The notes: a model not told the origin generated them from the sequence alone. Counted from the stretch's first letter, positions 38,627 through 47,589 are shown. The stretch is 64,000 bases of DNA from an uncultured archaeon (GCA_902384455.1 CABMCB010000094.1:1-64000), one strand, 5' to 3'. Numbers and translations are program-made.

Positions 38627-39712
38627 ATGCAAGTACATGAACAAAAGATACGTCTTGAGCATAAGCGGGCTGTTATCCATTCTTTTTCGCCTTATCTGGC
38701 AACTTTTCCGGATGAGATTCCGAAGTACGTTATCGACAGGTTTCTGCCTCCTGCGGCGTTGAGGAAGAATTGCGGCGGCAAGAAGCTGATTCTAGACCCA
38801 TTTTGCGGCTCTGGGACCACGCTCGTCGTGGCGGCCGAGAACAATGTGAAGGCTATTGGGGTGGATTTTAATCCTATGGCGGTTTTGATTTCGAACGTCA
38901 AGTGTCGTCCTTTCTGTGAGCGGGATTTTGCGGATGCCGAGGCGCTGCTTGAGGAGATCAGCGGGTGTTTGCCTTTCTCCGGCGGCAGAAACATCGATTT
39001 GTCGGTGGATTTGGATAAGGTGAAGTACTGGTTTCACTCCAAGGTCGCGGATGACCTATTTACGTTGAGGGACGTTATCATAGGATGCAGGAACGAGAAG
39101 GTCAGGAACCTGGCGCTGGTAGTCTATGCCGTCACTTTGAGGGCCTGCAGCTATGCAAAGAATGACACTCTTTCGAGGGCGAGGAAGACGTACGCGATAA
39201 TCGAGGCCTCTCGCGCCAATGCCTTCAGGGATTTCGCCGGGCGGTTCGAGAAGGCGTTGACGTTGAAGCGGGATCAGAAGTTGCTGGTCGCGGATAATAT
39301 GGCTGTGGAGGGGGATTCTAGGCGTCTTTTCTTCGATGACTGCTTGTTTGATTGCATTGTGACGTCGCCGCCTTACATAGCGAGCATCAGCTATTCGACT
39401 CCTTTCGATTTGTTCTACGTCTTCATGAACCAGCGGATTGAGAAGAAGGGGTTCATCAACGGCGAAGACAAGGAGAAGTTCTTCGACGGCATGAAGCAGG
39501 CGTATAACGAGATGTTCAGGGTCTTGAAGAAAGACGCTCCGTGCGTGATGGTCGTCGGCGAGCGGGAGGTGAAAGGCACGATAGAACACATGGTTGAGGC
39601 CGGATTCGTCCTTGAGGAGAAGTTGTTTTACGACATCAAAGGCGGATGCCGCGGCTTTTTCCACGGAATAAAGAGGCTGAAGGAATACGTGCTGGTGTTC
39701 CGTAAGCCTTAG
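38627..39712 (+). CDS. Amino (probably N4-cytosine) DNA methyltransferase
   Basis: H...PY.A.F, DPFCGSGTT, TSPPY. Confidence 0.88.
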   Translation: MQVHEQKIRLEHKRAVIHSFSPYLATFPDEIPKYVIDRFLPPAALRKNCGGKKLILDPFCGSGTTLVVAAENNVKAIGVDFNPMAVLISNVKCRPFCERDFADAEALLEEISGCLPFSGGRNIDLSVDLDKVKYWFHSKVADDLFTLRDVIIGCRNEKVRNLALVVYAVTLRACSYAKNDTLSRARKTYAIIEASRANAFRDFAGRFEKALTLKRDQKLLVADNMAVEGDSRRLFFDDCLFDCIVTSPPYIASISYSTPFDLFYVFMNQRIEKKGFINGEDKEKFFDGMKQAYNEMFRVLKKDAPCVMVVGEREVKGTIEHMVEAGFVLEEKLFYDIKGGCRGFFHGIKRLKEYVLVFRKP

Positions 39713-40005
39713 AATTCAGCCGAGAAGTCGGGGTTGATGAGGCCTATTATTTTGTTGGCCTCGTTTATCGTTTCTTCCTTCTTGCAGGGGTCTTTGAGGT
39801 AGATTTGTATCGTGCCGGAGGTGAAGAACAACACCGAGGCGTCGGGTAGGTGGACTATAACCCTGTTGGTTATGTCCGGGTTGTATTCGGCTGAATACTT
39901 CTCGTTCAGCAACTGATAGAGCTTGTCAAGGTTGATCCGATTCTTTATCCTGCCCTTCAGCATCATACCGCATACTTTGTAGTCCACTTCGACACCCCCA
40001 CTCAT
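39709..40005 (-). CDS. Single-repeat TATA-binding-protein-like protein (half-TBP)
   Basis: INLDKL...AEYNPD...VIVHL...VLFFTSGTIQI matches one TBP repeat (LDL..IA..EY.PE.FPGL.YR..LIF.SGK.V). Confidence 0.75.
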   Translation of the reverse strand: MSGGVEVDYKVCGMMLKGRIKNRINLDKLYQLLNEKYSAEYNPDITNRVIVHLPDASVLFFTSGTIQIYLKDPCKKEETINEANKIIGLINPDFSAEF

Positions 40006-40050
40006 AGTCTAAGTTCTTGGTTATCCCGTGACTTGTCGTTTTAGCTAGTC

Positions 40051-40485
40051 CTATCGGTAGGCATCTATGTTCTTCTCCACCGTCCCTAGGAATTCCTTAA
40101 CCTCCCTTATCTTGTCTTTGGTTATCATGACGTCGCCGAAGTTCTCCCAATGGCCTCCCTTCTTCTTGGCTTCTTTGATTCGTATGAAGGGTTTTCCGTA
40201 CTGGGATATGAAAGTGTCCAGGAACAGGATGTGGTCTTGGTCGAGCCTGACCCTCTTCTGCCATTTCCCGTTTCCGTTGAAGAAGTAGATTATGGAGTTG
40301 CCTAGGCGTTCGCTGTTGACCCTGCCGATGGACTCCAAGTAGTCCATGTGTTTTTGCACTGTCGCCCAGGCAAGGTTAGTTCCTTCTGATACTTGGTTTG
40401 TGGATGCCTTCTTGTTCTTCGCAAGGAAGCACTCTATCCGCTTTCTCGCCTCGTCCTCGACTTCGTTGTGAGTCGGCTCTTTCAT
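40051..40485 (-). CDS. wHTH regulator fused to PUR/PC4-like (DUF3276-like) domain
   Basis: STNQVS..TNLAWATVQKHM..LE..GRV; LFLD...GKPFIRIKEAK...VMI....IREV; start placed at MKEPT with a TATA-like box upstream. Confidence 0.7.
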   Translation of the reverse strand: MKEPTHNEVEDEARKRIECFLAKNKKASTNQVSEGTNLAWATVQKHMDYLESIGRVNSERLGNSIIYFFNGNGKWQKRVRLDQDHILFLDTFISQYGKPFIRIKEAKKKGGHWENFGDVMITKDKIREVKEFLGTVEKNIDAYR

Positions 40486-40608
40486 GAGATAGATTGCGCT
40501 CTCGCGATATAAAGAACTTCTCTCAGAGAGCATGGGAAAAGTTTCATTTTTCCTGTGGACATCGACGAAACCCACAAGTGAACCAACTGCATCATATGTT
40601 ACCTCAAA

Positions 40609-41022
40609 ATGGACAACAAACTTTTCACCAGAACCGTATGGAAGCCCGAGAAGGGCGAATACATCGTGGAGATAGAGGAAATGGGGAAGATGCTCGTGGA
40701 CACGCCCTACGGGAAACGCAAGGCCGTTTTCATCAAAGTGGGCGGGGAGCCGTACGTCTGGTTCATAAACCACTACGGCAAGGTGGTGGAGAAGGCCATA
40801 GAAACGCGGCTTGACGGCATACTCTCTAAGAGGAAATCGGGCAAGGCGCTTGTCAAGGTCACTGTGGATGAGGCGGACGGGAGGAAGCTCTATGACATTG
40901 AGGAAGTCAAAGCTACGCCTGAGTCCATCGTCGTTTCCGTCGGTATATACGTGAGCGACGGCGAAGGCGAGGACTACCACCTCATCCACTCTGACACGAT
41001 ACCCGTTGGAGGTAAGAAATGA
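40609..41022 (+). CDS. Hypothetical protein, possible OB-fold ssDNA-binding protein
   Basis: WKPEKGE...TPYG...beta-rich pattern reminiscent of phage/plasmid SSB-like proteins; first gene of the T4SS-like operon. Confidence 0.6.
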   Translation: MDNKLFTRTVWKPEKGEYIVEIEEMGKMLVDTPYGKRKAVFIKVGGEPYVWFINHYGKVVEKAIETRLDGILSKRKSGKALVKVTVDEADGRKLYDIEEVKATPESIVVSVGIYVSDGEGEDYHLIHSDTIPVGGKK

Positions 41023-41345
41023 AGGAAAAACTTTGGATCACGATGTTTGCGGTGATGGTGATGACGCAGATTGCGGTCGCGGGTCTGGGGGACATAAACG
41101 ACCCCAGCCAGGGGATAGCGATAAACGAGTTCCTCTGGAACGTCATAAACCTCATACGGTTCATAGCCGCCGCAGTCTGCGTACTCGCCCTAAGCTGGGC
41201 TGGCCTAGTCATGATATTCGGCCTCTTCGGAGGTACGGAGAACCACGCCAGAGCCAAGGAAATAGCAGGAGCCGCGATACTAGGCCTCATCCTGGTTGTG
41301 CTGGCTCCGAGCATAGTGAATTGGATAGTCAACGGGATTCACTGA
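41019..41345 (+). CDS. TrbC/VirB2-like pilin
   Basis: Signal peptide, then two hydrophobic helices linked by ENHARAKE..AILGLILV. Confidence 0.75.
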   Translation: MKEKLWITMFAVMVMTQIAVAGLGDINDPSQGIAINEFLWNVINLIRFIAAAVCVLALSWAGLVMIFGLFGGTENHARAKEIAGAAILGLILVVLAPSIVNWIVNGIH

Positions 41346-41365
41346 AATCCCGTCTTTCCCCATCA

Positions 41366-42784
41366 ATGAACTTTCGAGCCCTCGTAGTCTTGGTCTTTCT
41401 GTCCCAGGCGGCGGCAGCACTCGGCTATACGAACCTGCCTCAGATGAACCTGACAATAGCCACGCCGCCCTACCAAGTAGTCTGGGGCTACAACCTGGTT
41501 CGCGGCAATTCCACGAGCGGGCCGCCCAACGGGACCGTCCTCTCCCAGGGTTCGGGGTTCACGGACGCGTGGGTGAAGATACTGGCGTTGGACAAGGCCG
41601 TATTCGACAGCGAGATCAACTCCTCGTACGCGTCAAGGCAGGGGCAAGTGCTCTCCAAGTACGGCTACACGCCAGTCTGTCCGCCCTCGGACTACTGCTG
41701 GCCAAGCTGCATAGGCACGCGATACGAGTACGCAGGCTCGACAGGAAGATTCACCCTCTTCGCCAACGGGCAGTTGCAGGGCAGCAACGCGATACAGGGC
41801 TACAGCATTCCTGACACGGCAACTCAATTGAATCTTAACGCGCAACTAAACGTGGACACGCGGTGCAGGAAATACAAGCTCAGGTTGCGCGTAGATCCGA
41901 ACACCGGGCTGAGGTACTGCAATGAACGCTACTTCGGCGTGGTGACGTTCAGCGGGGTCGTAAGCGATAAGGCAGCCTACGGTCTCTTCGACCTTAAGCC
42001 GCAGGCTAACGTTTCCTTTCAGCGCATCGCCCAAGACGTTTCCGAAATCAGCCGAGGAAGGCTGACTGTCAGAACGGCAGCGCCCTACTCCAATCTCACG
42101 TTCATTCTGGGAAACAACTCCCTGTCCTACTCCGGGAACGCCTACGACGTCGGCTACTACCTACCCGACTACAACCTCCTGAGGGTAAGCACATACGGCC
42201 TCTCGAGGATAACGCAGTACGGCCTATTCTCAAACGTTTCAAGAGCCAGAGAAAACGGGAGCGGGGTCGTGGTTACAGACGTGGATTTCACTTTGACGTA
42301 TGGCGAAACCAAGGCCCTACTTCAAAGGAGGATATGTAGGCTCATCGTCGAAGACTTGTTCAAGCGGCAGTACGTGCTCGAAAATCTCTGTCCAACGGAC
42401 TGGAAGCAGCCTGTAATCGACGCCTCGACCAACGGCAGGATATTCGCCGACAACGGCGAAGTAAACATATCCGTATCTTTGGCTTACAACGGAACCCAGA
42501 TTCCGGGCAGACGGGTGTTTGTTCGCTACGCGAATAGACAATACGCTAAGACTACGGACTCTAATGGCAAGGCGGACTTCGTCTTCAACGCGGAGTATCC
42601 AAACAATAGGGTAGAGGTCGAGTTTCCCGGCGACGGCGTTTACCTAGGTTGCTCCAAGACGGTCTTGATAGCCGTTTCAGACTCCGAGGTGAAAGATCTG
42701 TTGGCTCAGATACTGCCTGCCTTTCTGGTATTCGTAATATCGGTCTACGGGGCGTATCGGATGCTCAAGTTCTGGGGGTTATAA
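41366..42784 (+). CDS. Secreted, C-terminally anchored surface protein with Ig-like domain
   Basis: Signal peptide MNFRALVVLVF, Cys pairs, TTDSNGKA..FPGDGVY Ig-like motif, C-terminal TM. Confidence 0.75.
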   Translation: MNFRALVVLVFLSQAAAALGYTNLPQMNLTIATPPYQVVWGYNLVRGNSTSGPPNGTVLSQGSGFTDAWVKILALDKAVFDSEINSSYASRQGQVLSKYGYTPVCPPSDYCWPSCIGTRYEYAGSTGRFTLFANGQLQGSNAIQGYSIPDTATQLNLNAQLNVDTRCRKYKLRLRVDPNTGLRYCNERYFGVVTFSGVVSDKAAYGLFDLKPQANVSFQRIAQDVSEISRGRLTVRTAAPYSNLTFILGNNSLSYSGNAYDVGYYLPDYNLLRVSTYGLSRITQYGLFSNVSRARENGSGVVVTDVDFTLTYGETKALLQRRICRLIVEDLFKRQYVLENLCPTDWKQPVIDASTNGRIFADNGEVNISVSLAYNGTQIPGRRVFVRYANRQYAKTTDSNGKADFVFNAEYPNNRVEVEFPGDGVYLGCSKTVLIAVSDSEVKDLLAQILPAFLVFVISVYGAYRMLKFWGL

Positions 42785-43690
42785 ATGAGGAAACTAGTTC
42801 TAGCTGTCCTGAGTATAGCGTTCGCCACCTCCACAGCCTCAGCGGACTTGATAGGGGACTTGGGAAAGACTCTTGTCGAGGCGGTGTATACGCCAGCCTA
42901 CAACGCAGTATACGCCCTGCTCACGGCGTTCATGCAGCTTGTTTTGGATATCCTAGTCTGGAACCCTCCGCTCGACTCCGCATATGACGCCTGGAGCATA
43001 GTGCGGACCGTCATAACGTCGATGTACCTCGTGGTGTTGACGTATGCAGGCCTCAAGTTGATGGCGGGAACGATGGTCGGGGAGAATGAGCGGTCTACGC
43101 TGAAGAAGTGGGTCGGCGGCTCGATACTCTCCCTACTCCTCGTGAACATGTCCTATGTCTTGTACGAGTCGGTCATCCAGCTTAACGTGGGCCTGTCTGC
43201 GCTCGTCTACAAGCAGCCAAACATCCAGGGGTTCATAGCGGCATCCGCCGCCTTCATCATACTCCTCTCCTTGCAGACCTCAATCGTGATGCTGGTCATC
43301 CTCCTATTGATAGTGAGGACGCTATTAGTTTTGGTCGGCGTGGTACTGTTCCCTATAGGCATCTTCCTCTACTATCTCCCGCCGACGAGAAGGTTCGGGA
43401 AGCTGATAATCACCGTCATATTCGCCAACATATTCATCCAGTTCTTCGAGGTCCTATGCCTCAGGGTCTGCCTGGACATGTTCGGCGCCATCGGCGGAAG
43501 CTTCACTAGCTCAGTCTTTAACACCATGTTCGGCATGGCGATGATGCTCCTGATGCTCTTCGTGCCTCTAGTGTCCTACGGCTTCGCTACTCTGACAGGG
43601 ATGATACTACAAAAGGCCACGGAAGTCGTAACAAACGTCGTCCCCATGCCCGTACACCTTGACACGTTCAGGACGAGGGGGAAGCAGTAG
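42785..43690 (+). CDS. VirB6/TrbL-like polytopic membrane protein
   Basis: Multi-TM, LLIVR.LLV.VGVVLFPIGI..Y.LP.T pattern; T4SS context. Confidence 0.75.
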   Translation: MRKLVLAVLSIAFATSTASADLIGDLGKTLVEAVYTPAYNAVYALLTAFMQLVLDILVWNPPLDSAYDAWSIVRTVITSMYLVVLTYAGLKLMAGTMVGENERSTLKKWVGGSILSLLLVNMSYVLYESVIQLNVGLSALVYKQPNIQGFIAASAAFIILLSLQTSIVMLVILLLIVRTLLVLVGVVLFPIGIFLYYLPPTRRFGKLIITVIFANIFIQFFEVLCLRVCLDMFGAIGGSFTSSVFNTMFGMAMMLLMLFVPLVSYGFATLTGMILQKATEVVTNVVPMPVHLDTFRTRGKQ

Positions 43691-44551
43691 ATGGCGTACG
43701 ACATACCGCAGGAATTGAAGTACAAGGAGATATTCGCCTACGGCATGACCTTAAAGCAGTTCATCTACGGGGCGATATTCGGCATGGCGGCGGTCCTGAT
43801 ACTGTCGCAAGACAAGATTCCGTGGGAAATAGGGGCGGTCGCCGGAATCGTCCTCATGGGCATTGCGGTGCTCCTCGGATTCTTCGACTTCGACAAGAAG
43901 ATAATCGAGTTCATATCCTACCTGCGAACCCCGAAGAACATAACGTTCCTGACGAAGGAGGCCTCCCAGTTCCTCGGCGTAAAGTACCTCAAGGACTCGG
44001 CGATAGTGCTCAAAGACGGCACCCTCGTTGGCGTACTCAAAGTAGAGGCCATAAACTTCTCCATCCTCTCCAAGGAGCAGAAGGACGCGGTGATACACAA
44101 CTTCATGAACTTCCTGAACTCTCTGGGCTTCAGGATACAGATCATAATGCGGACGGTGACATTGGACATGACCCCGTACCTTAGGAACATGGAATCCAAG
44201 ACGTCCGCCAACGCAGAAGGCGGCCTCGCCGAGTCCTACAGCCTAAAGGAGTTTCTCCAAAACTACGTCCAAACGAACAAGGTGACAGACAGGGTATTCT
44301 ACATAGCAGTGCCCCTGAGAAACGCAGGCCCTTCCGTCAAAACGATCAGGGGATCGGGTAAAGAGTCGCTTGCGTTCAGGGAGCTTGAGGAGAGGATGGA
44401 AGTCGTCCGCGAGTGGCTCTCAAAGTCGATGCTCAACTCAAAGAGACTGGACAACACAGGCCTTCTGGCGTTCTTGGCCTCGTTCTTCGACGACGGCGTT
44501 AAGCTGGATGCGGGATGCACAAGTCCCTACACGGACTATAAAGGTGACTAG
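43691..44551 (+). CDS. PrgI/VirB3-like protein with soluble VirB4-associated domain
   Basis: YDIPQEL.YKE.FAYGMTLKQF, 2 TM, VEAINF.ILS.EQ...FLNSL.F.IQI. Confidence 0.8.
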   Translation: MAYDIPQELKYKEIFAYGMTLKQFIYGAIFGMAAVLILSQDKIPWEIGAVAGIVLMGIAVLLGFFDFDKKIIEFISYLRTPKNITFLTKEASQFLGVKYLKDSAIVLKDGTLVGVLKVEAINFSILSKEQKDAVIHNFMNFLNSLGFRIQIIMRTVTLDMTPYLRNMESKTSANAEGGLAESYSLKEFLQNYVQTNKVTDRVFYIAVPLRNAGPSVKTIRGSGKESLAFRELEERMEVVREWLSKSMLNSKRLDNTGLLAFLASFFDDGVKLDAGCTSPYTDYKGD

Positions 44552-44552
44552 G

Positions 44553-46874
44553 ATGGTCTGGAAGAAGACGCCTAAGGAAAAGACTGACGAGGAGCTCGCG
44601 GAGGAGGCGAGGATAGAGGAAGGCCAACGTATGAACAGGATAATATTCCCCAACCTCATCCAGAACCGGATGAGCGAGGTCAAGATAAACGACAGATGGA
44701 ACAGGCTGATTTCTGCGGACGGCTACCCAAGAAGCGTCAGCGACGGCTGGCTTGACAAGCTGGTTTCCATGTCCGGCAACTTCGACATGGCGATACACAT
44801 AGAGCCTCTCGAGCTGAACAACGTAATGAACCAACTCAACAGGGAACTTAGAAAGCAGGCAAGCGACATAAACACCCTATCCAAGAAGGGCGAGATAATC
44901 CCGACGTCCCTCCAAATCCAGCACGAGGACACCAAAAGCGTCCTACGCGTCATCCAGAAGGGCGAGGAAAAGATGTTCAACGTATCGATATACGTCAGCC
45001 CCAAGGCCGAAAGCCTGGAAGAACTCGAACTGCTGACTAAAAGAGTCAATGCGACGTTGAACAGCGTGATGATAGTACCTAAGATACCGACGATGCGAAT
45101 GCTCGACGGCCTGAAAAGCATCCTGCCTTTCGCGCAAGACAAACTCAAGATAACGAGAAACATCACTTCCTCGGCGTTGGCCGCCTGCTTCCCCTTCACC
45201 ACGTCGGGCCTCAAGATAGAGGATAATGGCGTGATGTTCGGCGTAAACTCGAACAACAAAATCCCCGTGATAATAGACCCGTTCGAACTCAACAATCCCA
45301 ACGGGCTAATCCTGGCTACGTCAGGCGCGGGCAAGAGCTTCTTCGTCAAGATATTCGAGATACGGGAGCTATTGCAGGGCGTAAACGTCATAAACCTAGA
45401 CCCACAGGGCGAGTACACCAAACTCACCGAAGCCTACCACGGGCAGTCAATCAAGATATCCAAGGACTCGGACACCGTCATAAACCCCTTTGACATGATG
45501 GGCATGGACTACGCGGACAAGATAGCTTCGCTGCATTCGCTGATGCACACGATAGTTGAGGACATAACCTCGCCGCAGCAGGCCCTCCTCGACGACGCAT
45601 TCAGGAGAATCTATCTCGAGGCGGGGATAACCGAGGAGAAACACACGTGGAACAACACGCCGCCCACGTTCAGCGACCTCTATTCCGTGATCAAGGGGAA
45701 GGAGTCGGACGAAAACCACTTTACTCGGGCCTCGGCCATGGCGTTGACTAACCGCCTCAGGATGTTCACCGAAGGGTCGCTCAAGTTTCTGAACCAGCAG
45801 ACGGACTTGGACTTCGACAACCGCATGGTGACGTTCGACATAAGCCAGGTGCCTAAACTCGCCAAACCCGCGATGATGTACACAATCCTGGAGTACATAA
45901 TGCACAAGATGAAGCATGACATGAAGCGGAAGATATTCGTCATAGACGAAACTTGGCTGCTCCTACAGCATCCGCAGGCCGCAGAACGGATATTTGAGAT
46001 AGTCAAGACTAGCAGGAAATACAACATGAGCTTCATCCTCATAACTCAGGAGGTGAATGACCTCCTGAGTTCACAGGCCGGAAACTCCGTTCTCGCCAAC
46101 ACAGCCTGGAAGCTGCTCCTAAGACAAGACCCCTCGGTAATCGACTCCGTATCCAAGACGTTCAAGCTCAACTACGGCGAAACCATGCTGTTGATGAACG
46201 CCCAACCCGGCGAAGGGATACTCATGGCGTACAACAACCACATACCGTTGAAGGTCATCGCCTCCAAGAGGGAGTACGACATAGTGACGACTAAGCCAGA
46301 AGACCTACTCAAGCTGGAGCCTAAGACGCAGCCGCAAAAGCTGGAAACTTTGGAAGAGCCCAAGAAACGGTTCGACATAACAAGAAAACTCCACTTGAAA
46401 AGCGAGTTGACGCCAGGGCAGATAGACATACTCAAACGGAGCGGCTTCAAGGAAATACGGGACCCCAGTTTTGTCAAAGGACGCGGGCCGGTGTATCTTG
46501 TGAATAACACCACCGTAGAATCGGACGAACACTTCATCCTACGGCAGCTCGTCTACGACGAAATCAGGAAATACACCGGGGACTTGACGCACAACTTCAC
46601 CAAGGAACCGGACATAGTATTCAAGACCCCAGAAGGTAAAGCCATCGCAGTCGAGATAGAGACGGACAAGTCCCCCAAGTCCAAGGAGCAACTGGAGCTG
46701 AAACTGAGCATACTACAGAAATACGACGGATGGTTCTTCATACTCACAAACTACGAGTCCTTCCCCCACTACGGAACCTACGGGGAAACGATAACCCGGA
46801 CAAAAGTCCCGGAGAAGATCAAGTCATACTTCAGGACTCCCGGAAACGAACCAAACCCGGAAACGGCAACCTAA
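44553..46874 (+). CDS. virB4: VirB4-family ATPase with C-terminal PD-(D/E)xK-like domain
   Basis: ATSGAGKS, LDPQGEY, INPFD, VIDETW, SRKYN, ITQ; tail EH..L...EPDIVF...AVEIET. Confidence 0.9.
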   Translation: MVWKKTPKEKTDEELAEEARIEEGQRMNRIIFPNLIQNRMSEVKINDRWNRLISADGYPRSVSDGWLDKLVSMSGNFDMAIHIEPLELNNVMNQLNRELRKQASDINTLSKKGEIIPTSLQIQHEDTKSVLRVIQKGEEKMFNVSIYVSPKAESLEELELLTKRVNATLNSVMIVPKIPTMRMLDGLKSILPFAQDKLKITRNITSSALAACFPFTTSGLKIEDNGVMFGVNSNNKIPVIIDPFELNNPNGLILATSGAGKSFFVKIFEIRELLQGVNVINLDPQGEYTKLTEAYHGQSIKISKDSDTVINPFDMMGMDYADKIASLHSLMHTIVEDITSPQQALLDDAFRRIYLEAGITEEKHTWNNTPPTFSDLYSVIKGKESDENHFTRASAMALTNRLRMFTEGSLKFLNQQTDLDFDNRMVTFDISQVPKLAKPAMMYTILEYIMHKMKHDMKRKIFVIDETWLLLQHPQAAERIFEIVKTSRKYNMSFILITQEVNDLLSSQAGNSVLANTAWKLLLRQDPSVIDSVSKTFKLNYGETMLLMNAQPGEGILMAYNNHIPLKVIASKREYDIVTTKPEDLLKLEPKTQPQKLETLEEPKKRFDITRKLHLKSELTPGQIDILKRSGFKEIRDPSFVKGRGPVYLVNNTTVESDEHFILRQLVYDEIRKYTGDLTHNFTKEPDIVFKTPEGKAIAVEIETDKSPKSKEQLELKLSILQKYDGWFFILTNYESFPHYGTYGETITRTKVPEKIKSYFRTPGNEPNPETAT

Positions 46875-47296
46875 AACCAAAAACAATTAGAACGCCAATC
46901 AAAGCCAAACCGCTGTTCAATCTACAACCAACTACAACAGAAACGCCCAAAACAACAAACAAAGCCCAACCAAAGACTTTCAGAAAATGTATATTCCTCC
47001 TCTAATATCCTGGCTCGCCTACAGCCGCCTAGGACAGAAGCGGCTCAGAACCTATTGAAACACCAATAGCCCGGGGGGAAATACGCATTAAAACACGTCT
47101 TACACGGTGCAACATCAGGCCGACACTTTGTTGTGGTGGAGCGTCTGTTTGCTCTGGTGCGACTTAGGTTGTTGGTTGAAACACATGGTTTACCGGATAT
47201 AGTCTGGGCGCACCCGTTTATGACTTGTTCGTTTTGGGCTCCACCGCTTTTTATTTTAATGTGTTTTAATAGGTATGGTAGTTTAGGAAAGAGAGA

Positions 47297-47344
47297 ATTA
47301 CACACAGTGTATAATACTCGCCAGTATTACACACAGTGTATAAT
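47297..47344. repeat. Two tandem 19-bp near-palindromes ATTACACACAGTGTATAAT (29-bp period)
   Basis: Copies at 47297-47315 and 47326-47344; the whole block is itself an inverted repeat. Confidence 0.9.
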
Positions 47345-47471
47345 TCTTCCTACTTCCAGAAAAGCCGGAAAAACGCGTTATGCAAGGCGCAGTAAGCGTT
47401 TTTACTGCTTTTAGAGCCTAAACATCCATACATGACATTTGCCTCAAAAAGGCAAATCGAAACCAATTTCC

Positions 47472-47503
47472 ATTCCTTTGCCGTTGTGGTTACCCACCAT
47501 AGG
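47472..47503. repeat. 32-bp direct repeat, copy 2
   Basis: ATTCCTTTGCCGTTGTGGTTACCCACCATAGG, one mismatch to 31237-31268. Confidence 0.9.
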
Positions 47504-47589
47504 CGTGCCTTGGCACAAGCAGTTCTGTATTCGCTAGTTGTGGAGGCCTGCAACACGAGGTTCCTTGTGATGGAACCTCATCCCCCGCA
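47502..47589 (+). pseudogene. Degenerate tRNA-Leu-like sequence
   Basis: GAACCTCATCCCCCGCA (47573-47589) is 16/17 to the tRNA 3' end; TGTGG..AGGCCT and GTGCC..TGG also echo the tRNA. Confidence 0.5.

Larger units (their letters stand above)
24468..47589. mobile_element. Mosaic genomic island (defence cargo + T4SS-like module) upstream of tRNA-Leu; boundaries approximate
   Basis: Abrupt AT-rich blocks, restriction/defence genes, VirB4/VirB6/VirB2 operon, shared motif at both ends, adjacent tRNA; no integrase seen. Confidence 0.65.

Noticed and set aside
40486-41365. Extended versions of ORFs 40051..40989 and 41006..42784
   Set aside because: The extensions overlap better-supported genes (40609..41022 and the pilin); starts reassigned to 40485 and 41366
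47040-47470. CRISPR array suggested by TTGAAAC words and nearby Cas4-like genes
   Set aside because: No regularly spaced repeats of 24 bp or more with unique spacers; no cas1, cas2 or effector genes
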